From contig CAZVGK010000003.1 in the NCBI GenBank assembly GCA_964626665.1, positions 96,001 through 160,000 of the forward strand: 64,000 nt of DNA, read 5' to 3'. The position numbers and the translations under genes are program-made. Within the stretch, counting starts at the first letter, position 1. Each line of letters opens with the position of its first letter. The stretch is from an uncultured Gemmatimonadota bacterium. GTDB taxonomy: Bacteria; SM23-81; DAOVCL01. Under the pieces are notes generated by a model. It was given only the letters and a program-made list of their open reading frames with translations. It made no database searches and was not told where the DNA came from. This document shows, one piece after another, positions 39,165 to 49,109 of the stretch.

Positions 39165-39193
39165 TTGACTTTAACCAAAGATGGGGCTAACTT
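39165..39193 (+). promoter_or_regulatory. Putative sigma70 promoter
   Basis: TTGACT-17-TAACTT, divergent from the purine cluster. Confidence 0.4.
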
Positions 39194-39291
39194 TCAGTTA
39201 GGGGATTACTTGAATTTCCAGATGAACCAAGTATAGGGGAAGAGTAAATTGCTTCAGGAAAAGAACCTTTCTCCCCTAAGCCATAAACCAC

Positions 39292-39442
39292 AGAGGTCAG
39301 AGATCAGTTTACGGGAATCAGGGATCAGCCGTCAGCGGTCAGCAATTCGTCAGTTATCGGTTATCAGTTGTTAGGGGTTCCCCCCTGATCCCTGCTTCTT
39401 CATTCCTGTAAACTGACCCCTGGCTGCTGCAAACTGACCTCT
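39292..39442. repeat. Heptamer (xxTCAG/CTGAxx) inverted array
   Basis: AGAGGTCAGAGATCAG...TCAGCCGTCAGCGGTCAG facing CTGATCCCTG...CTGACCTCT. Confidence 0.7.
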
Positions 39443-39513
39443 TTGCCTAAAGTGACGCTCACCTCTTTTTAAACCTTTTGCCCAATATGGTTTCCTAATC
39501 TTAAGGAGGGAAG

Positions 39514-40029
39514 ATGGATGTCTTCGAAGCTATAAAAACCCGGCGGAGTATTCAGGAATACAAGGACAAAAAAGTAGAGGAGGAAAAGTTGCAAAGGATC
39601 CTGGAGGCCGGGAGACTTGCCCCTTCGGCAAAGAACATTCAGGAACGGAGGTTTATAGTCGTGAGGGACAAGGGGACCAGGGAGAAACTGGCCCAAGCGG
39701 CGCGCAACCAATCCTTTGTGGCCCAAGCGCCAGTCTGCATAATTGGTTGTGCCGCAATCGCCGACTACCGGATGACCTGCGGCCAGAAGGCGTATCCCAT
39801 CGATGTGGCTATAGCTGTTGACCATATGACCCTGGTAGCTGTGGAAGAAGGGCTGGGCACCTGTTGGATTGGCGCCTTCTTTGAGGATCAAGTTAAGGAT
39901 ATCCTCAAGATACCGGATGATATAAGGGTAGTGACCCTCCTCTCCCTTGGCTATCCAAGTTTTCAACCTCCTGCGAAGTCCAGGCTTCCCACGGAGAAGA
40001 TCATCTGTAGGGAAAGATGGAAATGGTGA
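39514..40029 (+). CDS. Nitroreductase family protein
   Basis: RRSI..Y, APSAKN.Q, LGTCWIGAF, LGYP. Confidence 0.92.
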   Translation: MDVFEAIKTRRSIQEYKDKKVEEEKLQRILEAGRLAPSAKNIQERRFIVVRDKGTREKLAQAARNQSFVAQAPVCIIGCAAIADYRMTCGQKAYPIDVAIAVDHMTLVAVEEGLGTCWIGAFFEDQVKDILKIPDDIRVVTLLSLGYPSFQPPAKSRLPTEKIICRERWKW

Positions 40030-40038
40030 AGAAATGAT

Positions 40039-40067
40039 TTGACAACCAGCAATCGAAGTGCTAATTT
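40039..40067 (+). promoter_or_regulatory. Putative sigma70 promoter
   Basis: TTGACA-17-TAATTT. Confidence 0.5.
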
Positions 40068-40095
40068 GTCTCTTGCTGATTAAATGGGGGACGCT

Positions 40096-40851
40096 ATGAG
40101 AAAAATTTGGATAATAGCCTTGCTATCATTATTGCTGTGGCCCAATCTCTCCGGAGGACAGGATATTCAGCCGAGAAAATTGGTGGATTGTCCCACTGCA
40201 GGGCTTCTTCCCAAGGGCAGTTTCGACTTAGAAGTTAGGGCCTATTCCGGTGGAGGACTTCTGGCCCAGGCCTCTGTCGGCCTTACCGATAGGTTAGCTA
40301 TGGGGCTCTCCTTCGGCGGGGGCAATATAATCGGTGCCGGCAAGATAGATTGGAATCCCAGGCCCGAGGCCCAGATAAAATATAGGCTCTTTGAGGAGTC
40401 ACCCCTCTGGCCAGCAGTGGCCATAGGCTTCGATTCCCAGGGCTATGGGAGCTACTCGGATAGCTCGGAGAGATATGAGATAAAATCCAAAGGAGCCTAT
40501 GGAGTGCTCAGCAAGAACTACCATCTCGGGGGAAGACCTCTTGGTCTCCACTTCGGGGCTTATTATAGCTTCGAAAAAAAGGATGGCGATGATGACCCCT
40601 CTTTCTTCCTTGGTTTGGATAAAAGCCTGAATGAGGAGCTTTCCCTGGTAGCTGAATATGATTTAGCGTTAAATGACGACCGCCAAAACGGTGTTTTTGG
40701 CACTGGGAGGGGATATTTAAATATGGGAATTAGATGGAACATTGAAAAAAGATTCTTCTTTGAGCTGGACCTCAGGAACCTCACCGATAACATAGAGAAT
40801 CTATCTGGCTTTGCCCGGGAACTGAGAATAGTCACTCTGCAATTCTTTTAA
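40096..40851 (+). CDS. Secreted/outer-membrane beta-barrel protein (YjbH-like)
   Basis: Signal peptide, PTAG.L..G, alternating beta strands, C-terminal Phe. Confidence 0.6.
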   Translation: MRKIWIIALLSLLLWPNLSGGQDIQPRKLVDCPTAGLLPKGSFDLEVRAYSGGGLLAQASVGLTDRLAMGLSFGGGNIIGAGKIDWNPRPEAQIKYRLFEESPLWPAVAIGFDSQGYGSYSDSSERYEIKSKGAYGVLSKNYHLGGRPLGLHFGAYYSFEKKDGDDDPSFFLGLDKSLNEELSLVAEYDLALNDDRQNGVFGTGRGYLNMGIRWNIEKRFFFELDLRNLTDNIENLSGFARELRIVTLQFF

Positions 40852-40985
40852 TCTGCCTTAATCCATTGAATTTAGGTATGGAGTAGTTAAGGTTAAAGAC
40901 AATCCAATTCTGTCTTCCCAAGACGATGGGCAAACGTAGCCAATGGGGGCTACTAAGATAGTAAATTCAAACTCGGAGAAATATC

Positions 40986-41210
40986 ATGAAAGAGGAACAA
41001 AAACTTCAGATGATTAACGAAATCAAACGGATTGAACGCCAACTTTACCTGAAAAGAAGTCAGCTTGCATCCACTGAAACTATTGATGATATACCCGCTC
41101 CTGCGTATGGGTTAGATCATAGACTATGGAAAACACTGATTAAGGATATAGGCAAACTCTCTATCGGAGGCAACAGTGTTGAGGACATCAGAAAGGTGCG
41201 TCAGAAATGA
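40986..41210 (+). CDS. Small protein, putative antitoxin
   Basis: GGAG RBS; ATGA overlap with PIN gene; C-terminal SVEDIRK.R motif. Confidence 0.55.
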   Translation: MKEEQKLQMINEIKRIERQLYLKRSQLASTETIDDIPAPAYGLDHRLWKTLIKDIGKLSIGGNSVEDIRKVRQK

Positions 41211-41629
41211 AGCTGGTCATTGATAGTAATATCTTTATCAGTAGTCTTGACCCAAATGACATTTTTCATTCTGAATGCTATCCCATTTTTGAGAGGATAC
41301 TAAATCTTGAAATAGAAGCTTTATGTCCCACTCTTGTATTAGTTGAGACGGCATGTGCTCTACGCAGAAGAACTAATAATGAGGAGATCGCCCACAAAAT
41401 CTATAAAAACTTGGCTCTTTTGCCCTCTATAAATTGGTTGGATATAACGCTTGAAGTCGCGGAGAGGGCTTGTATGTTAGGTGTTAAATCTGGATTAAGC
41501 GGAGGTGATGCCGTAGTTTTACAAGTAGCCGAACAGTACGGTATTCCCCTTCTAACCAAAGATAAAGAGATGAAAGAGAAGGCACTGAAGAATATTCTCA
41601 TATTTGAACCGGTAGATATGGCTTTGTAG
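41207..41629 (+). CDS. vapC: PIN-domain VapC-like toxin
   Basis: VIDSN, E, DA....A, L.T.D acidic quartet. Confidence 0.85.
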   Translation: MKLVIDSNIFISSLDPNDIFHSECYPIFERILNLEIEALCPTLVLVETACALRRRTNNEEIAHKIYKNLALLPSINWLDITLEVAERACMLGVKSGLSGGDAVVLQVAEQYGIPLLTKDKEMKEKALKNILIFEPVDMAL

Positions 41630-42071
41630 GAGAATTAAACAACGTTAGAGGTAAAGCTCACATTGTATGATTTCACGACGATTATTTTTCAGCATAGGTT
41701 TGCCCGGTAGAGGGATGACTCCTAAAGCTCGGTATAGTGCGTCGCATCGAGGCATTGTTGCAAATGGCAACCAAACATACAAGAGCAATACCCCTTTAGG
41801 AGTATGCCTAAGGAACATTACAGTTAATCCAGTGTAAAAACATATTTCGCAATCGCCTTTTTAGGAAAGAAATTTGCAATTTAGAGCCCACATTCCGGAA
41901 AATCAAATTTTGGATTCGTAACTTATTGATTTTCAAAGACAAATTTTCTAGATTTTTATGGACTACATTTCAATTGCCGGTTATTAAAAAACTACCTAAT
42001 TGGTTGATTTTTCCGTAGTTGTTCGTATTTGACCTTAAATTTTTTCCGGAATGTGGGTTAGAGGAGAACCT

Positions 42072-42485
42072 ATGCATGAATGGGCATTGGCGGAGGCAGT
42101 AGTTTCCACAGCACTCAAGGTAGCTAAAGAGGAGCAACTTCGGGAGATCACCAAGATTAAGGTTAAAATGGGTGAGTTGCAGCAAATAGACAGGAAAATA
42201 TTTACCTCTGCCCTAAAAGAGATTATTCTCCCCCAAGAGGAGATGTTGAAAAACGCCCAGATAGAGATTGAAGCAGAAAAAGCCGCTTTTCAATGTCGGG
42301 TTTGTGGGCATGAGTGGACATATGCCGAGGCAAAAGATCAATTAGATGAAGAGGAATCGGAGTCCATCCACTTCATCCCGGAAATCTCCCATTGTTACCT
42401 CAGGTGTCCCCAATGCAAGAGCCCAGACTTCAAGGTGATTAAAGGGAGAGGTGTCTGGATAGATTCGATAGAAGGGGAACAATAG
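42072..42485 (+). CDS. hypA: Hydrogenase nickel incorporation protein HypA (archaeal-type)
   Basis: MHE start, GELQ, CRVC and CPQC zinc sites, IHFIPE insert. Confidence 0.93.
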   Translation: MHEWALAEAVVSTALKVAKEEQLREITKIKVKMGELQQIDRKIFTSALKEIILPQEEMLKNAQIEIEAEKAAFQCRVCGHEWTYAEAKDQLDEEESESIHFIPEISHCYLRCPQCKSPDFKVIKGRGVWIDSIEGEQ

Positions 42486-43238
42486 GTGGATCCAAGGTTG
42501 GAAGTCATCGACAAAAGGCTCAGCGGGGTGAAGAGGGTGATTGCCGTCACCGGAGGCAAGGGGGGAATTGGAAAGAGCTTGGTTGCCTCTACTTTGGCAA
42601 TGATCCTGTCCCAAATGAACCATAGGGTCGGCCTCTTGGATCTGGACTTCTCCGGGCCATCGACAGATTTGATCTTGGGAATTGAGGGAATTTACCCAAA
42701 GGAGGAGAAAGGAATTATTCCACCTGAAATTTATGGCATTAGGTTTATGTCGGTCATCTATTATGCCCAGGACAACCCCGCACCCCTAAGGGGCATTGAC
42801 ATCTCCAATGCCTTAGTTGAACTGCTGGCCATTACCCAATGGGGTAAACTGGATTTCCTCATTATTGATATGCCACCCGGCATCGGAGATGCCACCTTAG
42901 ATACCATTCGCCTGATGAAAAGGGCTGAATTTCTTGCATTAACTATACCCTCGAAAGTAGCCTTGGGAACGGTAAAAAAAATGCTGTCGATGCTGAAAGA
43001 GCTTAATTTGCCCATCATTGGCCTCCTGGAAAATATGAAGACCAGAAATTCAATATCAATAGAGGAAAAGATAAGCGGGTTTGACATCCCCTATTTGGGG
43101 GCAATAGATTTTGATGAAAACCTGGAGAGCTCGTTAGGAGATGGAAACAGGCTCTTAGAAACAGCCTTTGCCCGAAGGCTAAGGGAGATCCTCTTAGGAG
43201 CTCCACAATTTAAATTGGCCACAACAGAATTTATCTGA
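42486..43238 (+). CDS. Mrp/MinD-type ATPase, ATP-dependent HypB-like
   Basis: GKGGIGKS, LDLDF.G, DMPPG.GD, ENM; lacks the Mrp CxxC; directly follows hypA. Confidence 0.85.
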   Translation: MDPRLEVIDKRLSGVKRVIAVTGGKGGIGKSLVASTLAMILSQMNHRVGLLDLDFSGPSTDLILGIEGIYPKEEKGIIPPEIYGIRFMSVIYYAQDNPAPLRGIDISNALVELLAITQWGKLDFLIIDMPPGIGDATLDTIRLMKRAEFLALTIPSKVALGTVKKMLSMLKELNLPIIGLLENMKTRNSISIEEKISGFDIPYLGAIDFDENLESSLGDGNRLLETAFARRLREILLGAPQFKLATTEFI

Positions 43239-43601
43239 CAGGATGAACAGGATTTACATGGTTTTTTTTATCCTGACAATCCCATATATCCTGTCTAAAA
43301 AAGGAATTTTTTCTGCTATGAAGTTTAATTCGGATTATTTATTCATAAGTTTCTGCTCAGATCCTCCGAGCCACCAATGATTGAGCGGTCAGATGCCCTC
43401 ATCTGACCGTTATCGGCCAGCCATCAAGTTCCTTTACTTAACGGCACGGGGGTGGGTGGCAGAATCGGGGTTCTGCCACCTTGGCTTTGGGATGAACTGT
43501 TCGGGATAGACAGGTCCTTGTAAATAATTAAGTTTAAAACCGTTTCGGGTTTATAACCCGCAAGAATGCAACTAAACCTTTAAAACCTAGGAGGTGATCC
43601 A

Positions 43602-44102
43602 ATGAACCTGAAGAGATACCTCCTCTTACTGGTTCTCATTTTTATCCCCTTGTCCATCTTCGGCTGTTATACCACCTTCCGTCCACCAAAGGCAGGAACC
43701 CAACAAGAGTATATTGAGCAGCAGCCCGAGGCCAGCTACTACTATGAACATCACCACTATTTCCATTGGGATTCCTTCTATGATCCCTACTGGTTCTACT
43801 ACCCTTCCCGATATAGTTGGTGGAGATACTATTATGGCTATCCCTGGTGGTGGGATGATTGGTATTGGACACACTGGTATGACCCCCCAGAGAGCTACCA
43901 TAAAGAGGAGGGTGAAAGGCTGGAGAGAAGGAGGGGGTTGACCACACCTCCACCAGGATGGGGTGAACCCCCCAAGCCACCTTCAACCCCCGTCTATATC
44001 TCTCCTCAAAAGGAGAAGAAAAGTCCACCACCACCACCAAAGAAGAAGGAAGAAAAGAAGGAGAAGGAAAAAAAGAGGCCAACAAGAAGGCGAGGATTAT
44101 AG
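43602..44102 (+). CDS. Putative lipoprotein, Tyr/Trp-rich then Pro/Lys-rich
   Basis: AGGAGGTG RBS, signal peptide with IFGC lipobox. Confidence 0.7.
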   Translation: MNLKRYLLLLVLIFIPLSIFGCYTTFRPPKAGTQQEYIEQQPEASYYYEHHHYFHWDSFYDPYWFYYPSRYSWWRYYYGYPWWWDDWYWTHWYDPPESYHKEEGERLERRRGLTTPPPGWGEPPKPPSTPVYISPQKEKKSPPPPPKKKEEKKEKEKKRPTRRRGL

Positions 44103-44104
44103 GG

Positions 44105-45379
44105 ATGACTCCGAGAAAATTGTTACTCATTTCCCTTTTCCTCCTCCCTTGGATAGGGACCTTTTTTGCTCAGGGTGGTCTCAGCGACCTTCCACCAGAG
44201 GAATCCAGTGTAGACAACTTCTTGGGTTTGGGGGCAAGGGCAATGGGGATGGGTGGGGCACACATCGCTGTGGCGGAGGATTTTTCCGCCCTCTGGTGGA
44301 ACCCAGCCGGATTAGCCAAGATAAGGAGGATCGAGCTCTCTGGTGGTTTGATCTATGAAAAGGAGAGAAGTAGAACCCTTTTTTATAACTATGGGAAAGG
44401 GAAAACGGATTCCCATACCAGGTTGGCCTCAGGAGGTATAGCGGTGCCTATTCCCACCTATCGGGGGAGTCTGGTCTTTTCAGTGGGATTCAACCGACCA
44501 AAGAGCTTTGATTCCTTCCTAAAATTCAAGGGAAGGTCCCCAGAGGAGGGCTTTTGGCAAGAGGGACTTGAGTTAAAATCGGGTGGTCTTTATAATTGGG
44601 GATTGGGAGGGGCAATCGACCTCTCCCCTTTCCTCTCTGCCGGGGCCACAATTATGCTTTGGAGAGGGGAAGAGGATTATACTTGGGATATGGCCAAGAA
44701 TATACCTAACGGTCAGGGGAATATTTTACAGGCGGTAAACAATCGGGATCATTTCTTAGATGACTACAACGGCATAAACTTAAAGTTGGGCCTCCTCTTT
44801 CGTGCTAATCGTTATATAATTTTTGGTGGAACCTTAGAGGCTCCTTTAAAGCTTACCATAGAGCAGGACTGGACATCCCAGACCGACTCCCTTTTCAACA
44901 ATGATTCCACCATCTCAGCAGAGGATTATGGCTATTACAAATACAAGTTTAGGCTCCCTTATGAGTTCTGTCTGGGAGCACGGCTTACCCTCCCCTACCT
45001 GATTTTGGCCGCCGATTTGAACTACACAGATTGGTCAGAAACGGAGTATAAATATCCACCTGAGGATGTAAGTGCTTTTAACCCATATATGGGCGATGTC
45101 TACCGGGATATTCTCAGTTGGCACTTAGGGGCAGAGGCCTTGGTGCCTAAGGCAGGAGTTAAGCTGAGGCTTGGCTACTACCAGGATCCATTGCCCTACA
45201 GGTTAGAGGAGATAAAAAACAACAGGGATTACCTCACCTTTGGTGTGGGTTTTCTGATGGGCAAAGTGATGACCCTGGATGTTGCCCTGGTGTATGGACT
45301 CTGGGAAACCTCTTTCCAGGGCTTGGACGAAAGCTACAGTGTAAATCGTTTGTTTATCACCACTGCTTACAGGTTTTAG
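44105..45379 (+). CDS. Outer-membrane transport protein (FadL/OmpP1-like)
   Basis: GARAMGMGGA..A...D.SA..WNPAGL, C-terminal YRF. Confidence 0.8.
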   Translation: MTPRKLLLISLFLLPWIGTFFAQGGLSDLPPEESSVDNFLGLGARAMGMGGAHIAVAEDFSALWWNPAGLAKIRRIELSGGLIYEKERSRTLFYNYGKGKTDSHTRLASGGIAVPIPTYRGSLVFSVGFNRPKSFDSFLKFKGRSPEEGFWQEGLELKSGGLYNWGLGGAIDLSPFLSAGATIMLWRGEEDYTWDMAKNIPNGQGNILQAVNNRDHFLDDYNGINLKLGLLFRANRYIIFGGTLEAPLKLTIEQDWTSQTDSLFNNDSTISAEDYGYYKYKFRLPYEFCLGARLTLPYLILAADLNYTDWSETEYKYPPEDVSAFNPYMGDVYRDILSWHLGAEALVPKAGVKLRLGYYQDPLPYRLEEIKNNRDYLTFGVGFLMGKVMTLDVALVYGLWETSFQGLDESYSVNRLFITTAYRF

Positions 45380-45750
45380 CGAGGCTTCGAATCAGAGGAT
45401 GAAAAAGCTATAACCTCTAACCCGACTTCCGCAGTAAAGGCGCTAAGTGGTTGTAAATTATGAGTTAAATTTTTGTTGGGCCGTCAGAACCCCGATTCTG
45501 ACGGCCCAAGGCCCTTCCATTTCCGAGTGGTCAAATGTTTAGCTAACCCCAAGGTGAAGGTTGGCAATTGGGGTTCTGATGGCTCGGTTAAAACAGGTCA
45601 ACAAAGCTCTTAATAAGTCTAAAAAATCTCTTTGTGGATGTTAACATCTGCAAGGAACGAGGATCAGGGAGAATCCATAACGACTGACAACTGTCTGACT
45701 GCTGATCCCTGACCTCTGTGAACTGTTACTTAATTTTTAACAGAATTATT

Positions 45751-47043
45751 ATGTCACTCTTCAAAAAAATTAACATTTTGGCTATGGTCACCATCTTTTC
45801 CTTGACCCCGCGACTATCTGCCCAAAAAGTAGAGGTTTTGACGGTAAAAGGGGTCATCGATCCCGTTGTGGCCCGTTATATAACAAACGGCTTCGACCGG
45901 GCGGAGAAAGATGGAGCCGAGCTCGTGATCATAAAGTTGGACACCCCCGGGGGGCTGATGGAGTCAATGGAGAGCATCACCCAGAAGATGCTTAACTCCC
46001 CGATTCCCTCTGTGGTCTATGTCTGGCCCCAGGGGGCAAGGGCGGCATCAGCAGGCGTCTTCATTACCTATGCCGCCGACATCGCCGCTATGGCCCCCAG
46101 CACAAACATCGGGGCCGCCCATCCGGTAACTATGGGCCAGAAGGCAGATAGCACAATGATGGAGAAAATCACCAATGATGCCGTGGCCCGTATAAAGGGT
46201 ATGGCCAATAAGAGAGGGAGAAATGCGGAATGGGCCGAAAGGTCGGTGCGCAAGAGCGTTTCCATCACCTCGGATGAGGCCCTGAAACTGAATGTAATAA
46301 ACCTGATCGCCGCAAATATGAGTGAGCTCTTAGACAAACTTGATGGAATGCAACTAAAGAGAGATGACCAGGAAGTAGTCATCAGAACGAAGAGAGCCCA
46401 TCTCAGGGAAAAGGAGATGAATCCTGTGGAGAAACTTCTACATACCATAGCCAACCCCAATATAGCTTATATCCTTCTCCTTTTCGGTGTTCTTGGCCTC
46501 ATCTATGAGTTCCACACCCCAGGTGTGGGCTTCCCCGGGGTAGTAGGGATGATCTGTCTTATCCTGGCCTTTTTCTCCCTTCAGGTCTTGCCCATAAACC
46601 TTGCCGGGTTGCTACTCATCATTATTGCCATCATCTTCTTTATCCTCGACCTGCAGATAGTAAGCCACGGCATCCTCACCATCGGGGGGATTATATCCCT
46701 TACTATGGGCTCCCTTATGCTCTTCAGCACCCCAGGGAGAACCCCTTACTACCGCCTCTCCCTCGTTTTGGTAATCTCTGTGGTGGCTGCCACCACCCTC
46801 TTCTTCCTCTTTGCCATTACCGCCGGGCTCAGGGCTCAGAGAAGAACACCGGTGACCGGCGAGGAAGGGATGATCGGTCAAATAGGGGTAACCAAGACAA
46901 GGCTCGTCCCTCAAGGGACGGTAATGGTAATAGGAGAACACTGGAATGCAATCTCCTTCGATGGGAAGGCTATAGAAAAGGGGGAAAGGGTAAAAGTAGT
47001 GCAGCTTGAACGAAGGGTAGTTAAGGTAAGGAGAATTCAGTAA
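45751..47043 (+). CDS. nfeD: NfeD family membrane-bound serine protease
   Basis: LDTPGG, AASAG, GAAHP, TM region, C-terminal OB fold (GE.W.A). Confidence 0.92.
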   Translation: MSLFKKINILAMVTIFSLTPRLSAQKVEVLTVKGVIDPVVARYITNGFDRAEKDGAELVIIKLDTPGGLMESMESITQKMLNSPIPSVVYVWPQGARAASAGVFITYAADIAAMAPSTNIGAAHPVTMGQKADSTMMEKITNDAVARIKGMANKRGRNAEWAERSVRKSVSITSDEALKLNVINLIAANMSELLDKLDGMQLKRDDQEVVIRTKRAHLREKEMNPVEKLLHTIANPNIAYILLLFGVLGLIYEFHTPGVGFPGVVGMICLILAFFSLQVLPINLAGLLLIIIAIIFFILDLQIVSHGILTIGGIISLTMGSLMLFSTPGRTPYYRLSLVLVISVVAATTLFFLFAITAGLRAQRRTPVTGEEGMIGQIGVTKTRLVPQGTVMVIGEHWNAISFDGKAIEKGERVKVVQLERRVVKVRRIQ

Positions 47044-47089
47044 AGGGATTGGGAAATCATTCCTGATCCAAAAAAGAGGAGGTCACATA

Positions 47090-47854
47090 ATGAGTGCTTT
47101 TTGGGTAGGGGTAATTGTGGTCTTAGCTATCATCCTCTCTAAAGCCATCAGGATAGTAAGGGAGTATGAGAGGGGGGTCATCTTCAGGTTGGGAAGGCTG
47201 ATCGGGGCCAAAGGGCCAGGCCTCTTCTTCCTTATCCCCATTGTAGACAGGATGATAAAGATCGACTTAAGGACATTGACTATGGATGTTCCGGCCCAGG
47301 AGGTAATCACCAAGGACAATGTCACGGTAAAGGTAAATGCAGTGGCTTACTTCCGGGTGATGAACCCAAATGATGCCGTAAACAAGGTAGAGAACTATCT
47401 GGTGGCCACCTCCCAGATCGCCCAGACCACCTTGAGGTCTATCTTAGGGCAGGTTGAACTGGACGAGCTTTTGACTGAAAGGGAGAAGATCAGCCGAAAC
47501 CTGCAGAAAGTAATAGACGAGCTCACCGACCCTTGGGGGATAAAGGTAAGCGTTGTGGAGATAAAGGATGTGGAACTGCCTGAACAGATGAAAAGGGCAA
47601 TGGCCAAACAGGCTGAGGCAGAGAGGGAGCGGAGGGCCAAGATTATAGCTGCTCAAGGGGAGTTTCAGGCCTCCCAGAAGCTTTCTGATGCGGCAGCAAT
47701 CATCTCCCAACATCCGATGGCCCTCCAGCTCAGATTCCTCCAAACCCTCAAAGAGGTGGCCACTGAGAACAACTCTACCACCATCTTCCCGATCCCCATC
47801 GATCTCTTAGAGCCCTTTTTGGATAGGTTTAAAAAGAAGGAGGAGAAAAAGTAA
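47090..47854 (+). CDS. Stomatin/slipin (SPFH) protein
   Basis: [44 protein letters not shown]. Confidence 0.95.
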   Translation: MSAFWVGVIVVLAIILSKAIRIVREYERGVIFRLGRLIGAKGPGLFFLIPIVDRMIKIDLRTLTMDVPAQEVITKDNVTVKVNAVAYFRVMNPNDAVNKVENYLVATSQIAQTTLRSILGQVELDELLTEREKISRNLQKVIDELTDPWGIKVSVVEIKDVELPEQMKRAMAKQAEAERERRAKIIAAQGEFQASQKLSDAAAIISQHPMALQLRFLQTLKEVATENNSTTIFPIPIDLLEPFLDRFKKKEEKK

Positions 47855-47950
47855 GGCATCGGCCCTTTGGTCTCAGTTACCTATTGGCTCTGATTTAACC
47901 ATAAAACCCTGAGGAGGGTGATCCTGACGGCGAAACCACAAGAAAGCTAT

Positions 47951-48730
47951 ATGCAAATAGAGGAAACGGTTATCTCCAGAGCTATCCTTCAGTCCTATTA
48001 CCGGAAACTCACCGGGAGTTTGGAGATTGATGTGGCCATAGTGGGAGGAGGGCCAGCAGGGCTCACCGCGGCCTATTTCCTGGCCAGGGAAGGGGTAAAG
48101 GCAAGTATATTCGAGAGAAAGCTCAGCCTTGGAGGGGGAATGTGGGGAGGAGGGATGATGTTCAACCAGATAGTGGTGCAAAGGGAGGGGAAAGTGATCC
48201 TCGATGGTTTCGGGGTGAGCACCCAGGAGTTTTCCCCTAACTATTGGGTCGCCGATTCGGTAGAGGCCGTCTCTACCATCTGTTCACAAACCGCTAAGGC
48301 GGGGGCAAAGATATTCAACCTGATCAGCGCCGAGGATGTAACCATCAGAGAGGGGAGGGCAACCGGATTGGTTTTAAACTGGACTGCGGTGGAGACCGCT
48401 GAGCTTCCCATTGATCCTCTCTGCATTAAGACTCAATTCATAGTGGATGCCACTGGCCATCCAGCCAAACTAATTGAGGTAATCCAGCGGAAAGCCGGCT
48501 TGAAAATCCCCGGCCGAAAGCCAATCGGAGAAGGACCTATGTGGGCGGAAGCAGGGGAGAAAGCCGTCTTGGAAAACACTCAGGAGGTCTTCCCCGGGGT
48601 CTTTGTAGCTGGAATGGCGGCCAATGCCGTATTTGGCGCCCCCCGAATGGGTCCCATATTTGGCGGTATGCTCCTCTCCGGCAAAAGGGCCGCCGCATTG
48701 ATTCAGAGGAAACTGCAGGGTAGTTCTTAG
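47951..48730 (+). CDS. thi4: Thiazole synthase Thi4 (non-Cys, sulfide-dependent type)
   Basis: GGGPAG, GGGMWGGG, IDP, DATGH, PRMGPIFGGMLLSG. Confidence 0.92.
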   Translation: MQIEETVISRAILQSYYRKLTGSLEIDVAIVGGGPAGLTAAYFLAREGVKASIFERKLSLGGGMWGGGMMFNQIVVQREGKVILDGFGVSTQEFSPNYWVADSVEAVSTICSQTAKAGAKIFNLISAEDVTIREGRATGLVLNWTAVETAELPIDPLCIKTQFIVDATGHPAKLIEVIQRKAGLKIPGRKPIGEGPMWAEAGEKAVLENTQEVFPGVFVAGMAANAVFGAPRMGPIFGGMLLSGKRAAALIQRKLQGSS

Positions 48731-48761
48731 CACCCAGCAAATAATCCAATACAAAAACCAC

Positions 48762-48938
48762 TTCTACCCGGCTTCAGCTAAGGGTTCTCATTTTTTTACC
48801 GGGTTTTAGTCGAGGGTCATTGGGGCTTTAGCCCATGTGGAGTGCTGTGACTCCTGTCACAGCATGCGTCAACAGGAGTTGACGCACTCCATATACTGGC
48901 CTGAAGGCCCTCAACCCTACTACTAAAGTGCGGTAGAA
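48762..48938 (+). repeat. TTCTACC...GGTAGAA composite palindromic element
   Basis: Matches 21584-21724, including TGGAGTGCTGTGACTCCTGTCACAGC core. Confidence 0.8.
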
Positions 48939-49109
48939 ACAAGCAACTCAAAAGCCGAAAGGAAAGCCTTTAATCCGAATTATTCATAAGATCCCACTGA
49001 GATACTTCGAGCGTCCAATGAATGAGCGGTCAGATGCCCTCATCTATCTGTCCCCCACCGAGCCGTCAGGTGCCTCACCTGACGACAAGTTCTTAAGGCC
49101 GGAGTAGCA

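Noticed and set aside
41751-41888. IS6-like end GGCATTGTTGCAAA
   Set aside because: Only a weak partner (TTTGCAATTTAGAGCC), no TSD and no transposase
47855-47950. TPP riboswitch before thi4
   Set aside because: Spacer lacks the CTGAGA and ACCTGAT..GTAATGC..CGTAGG motifs
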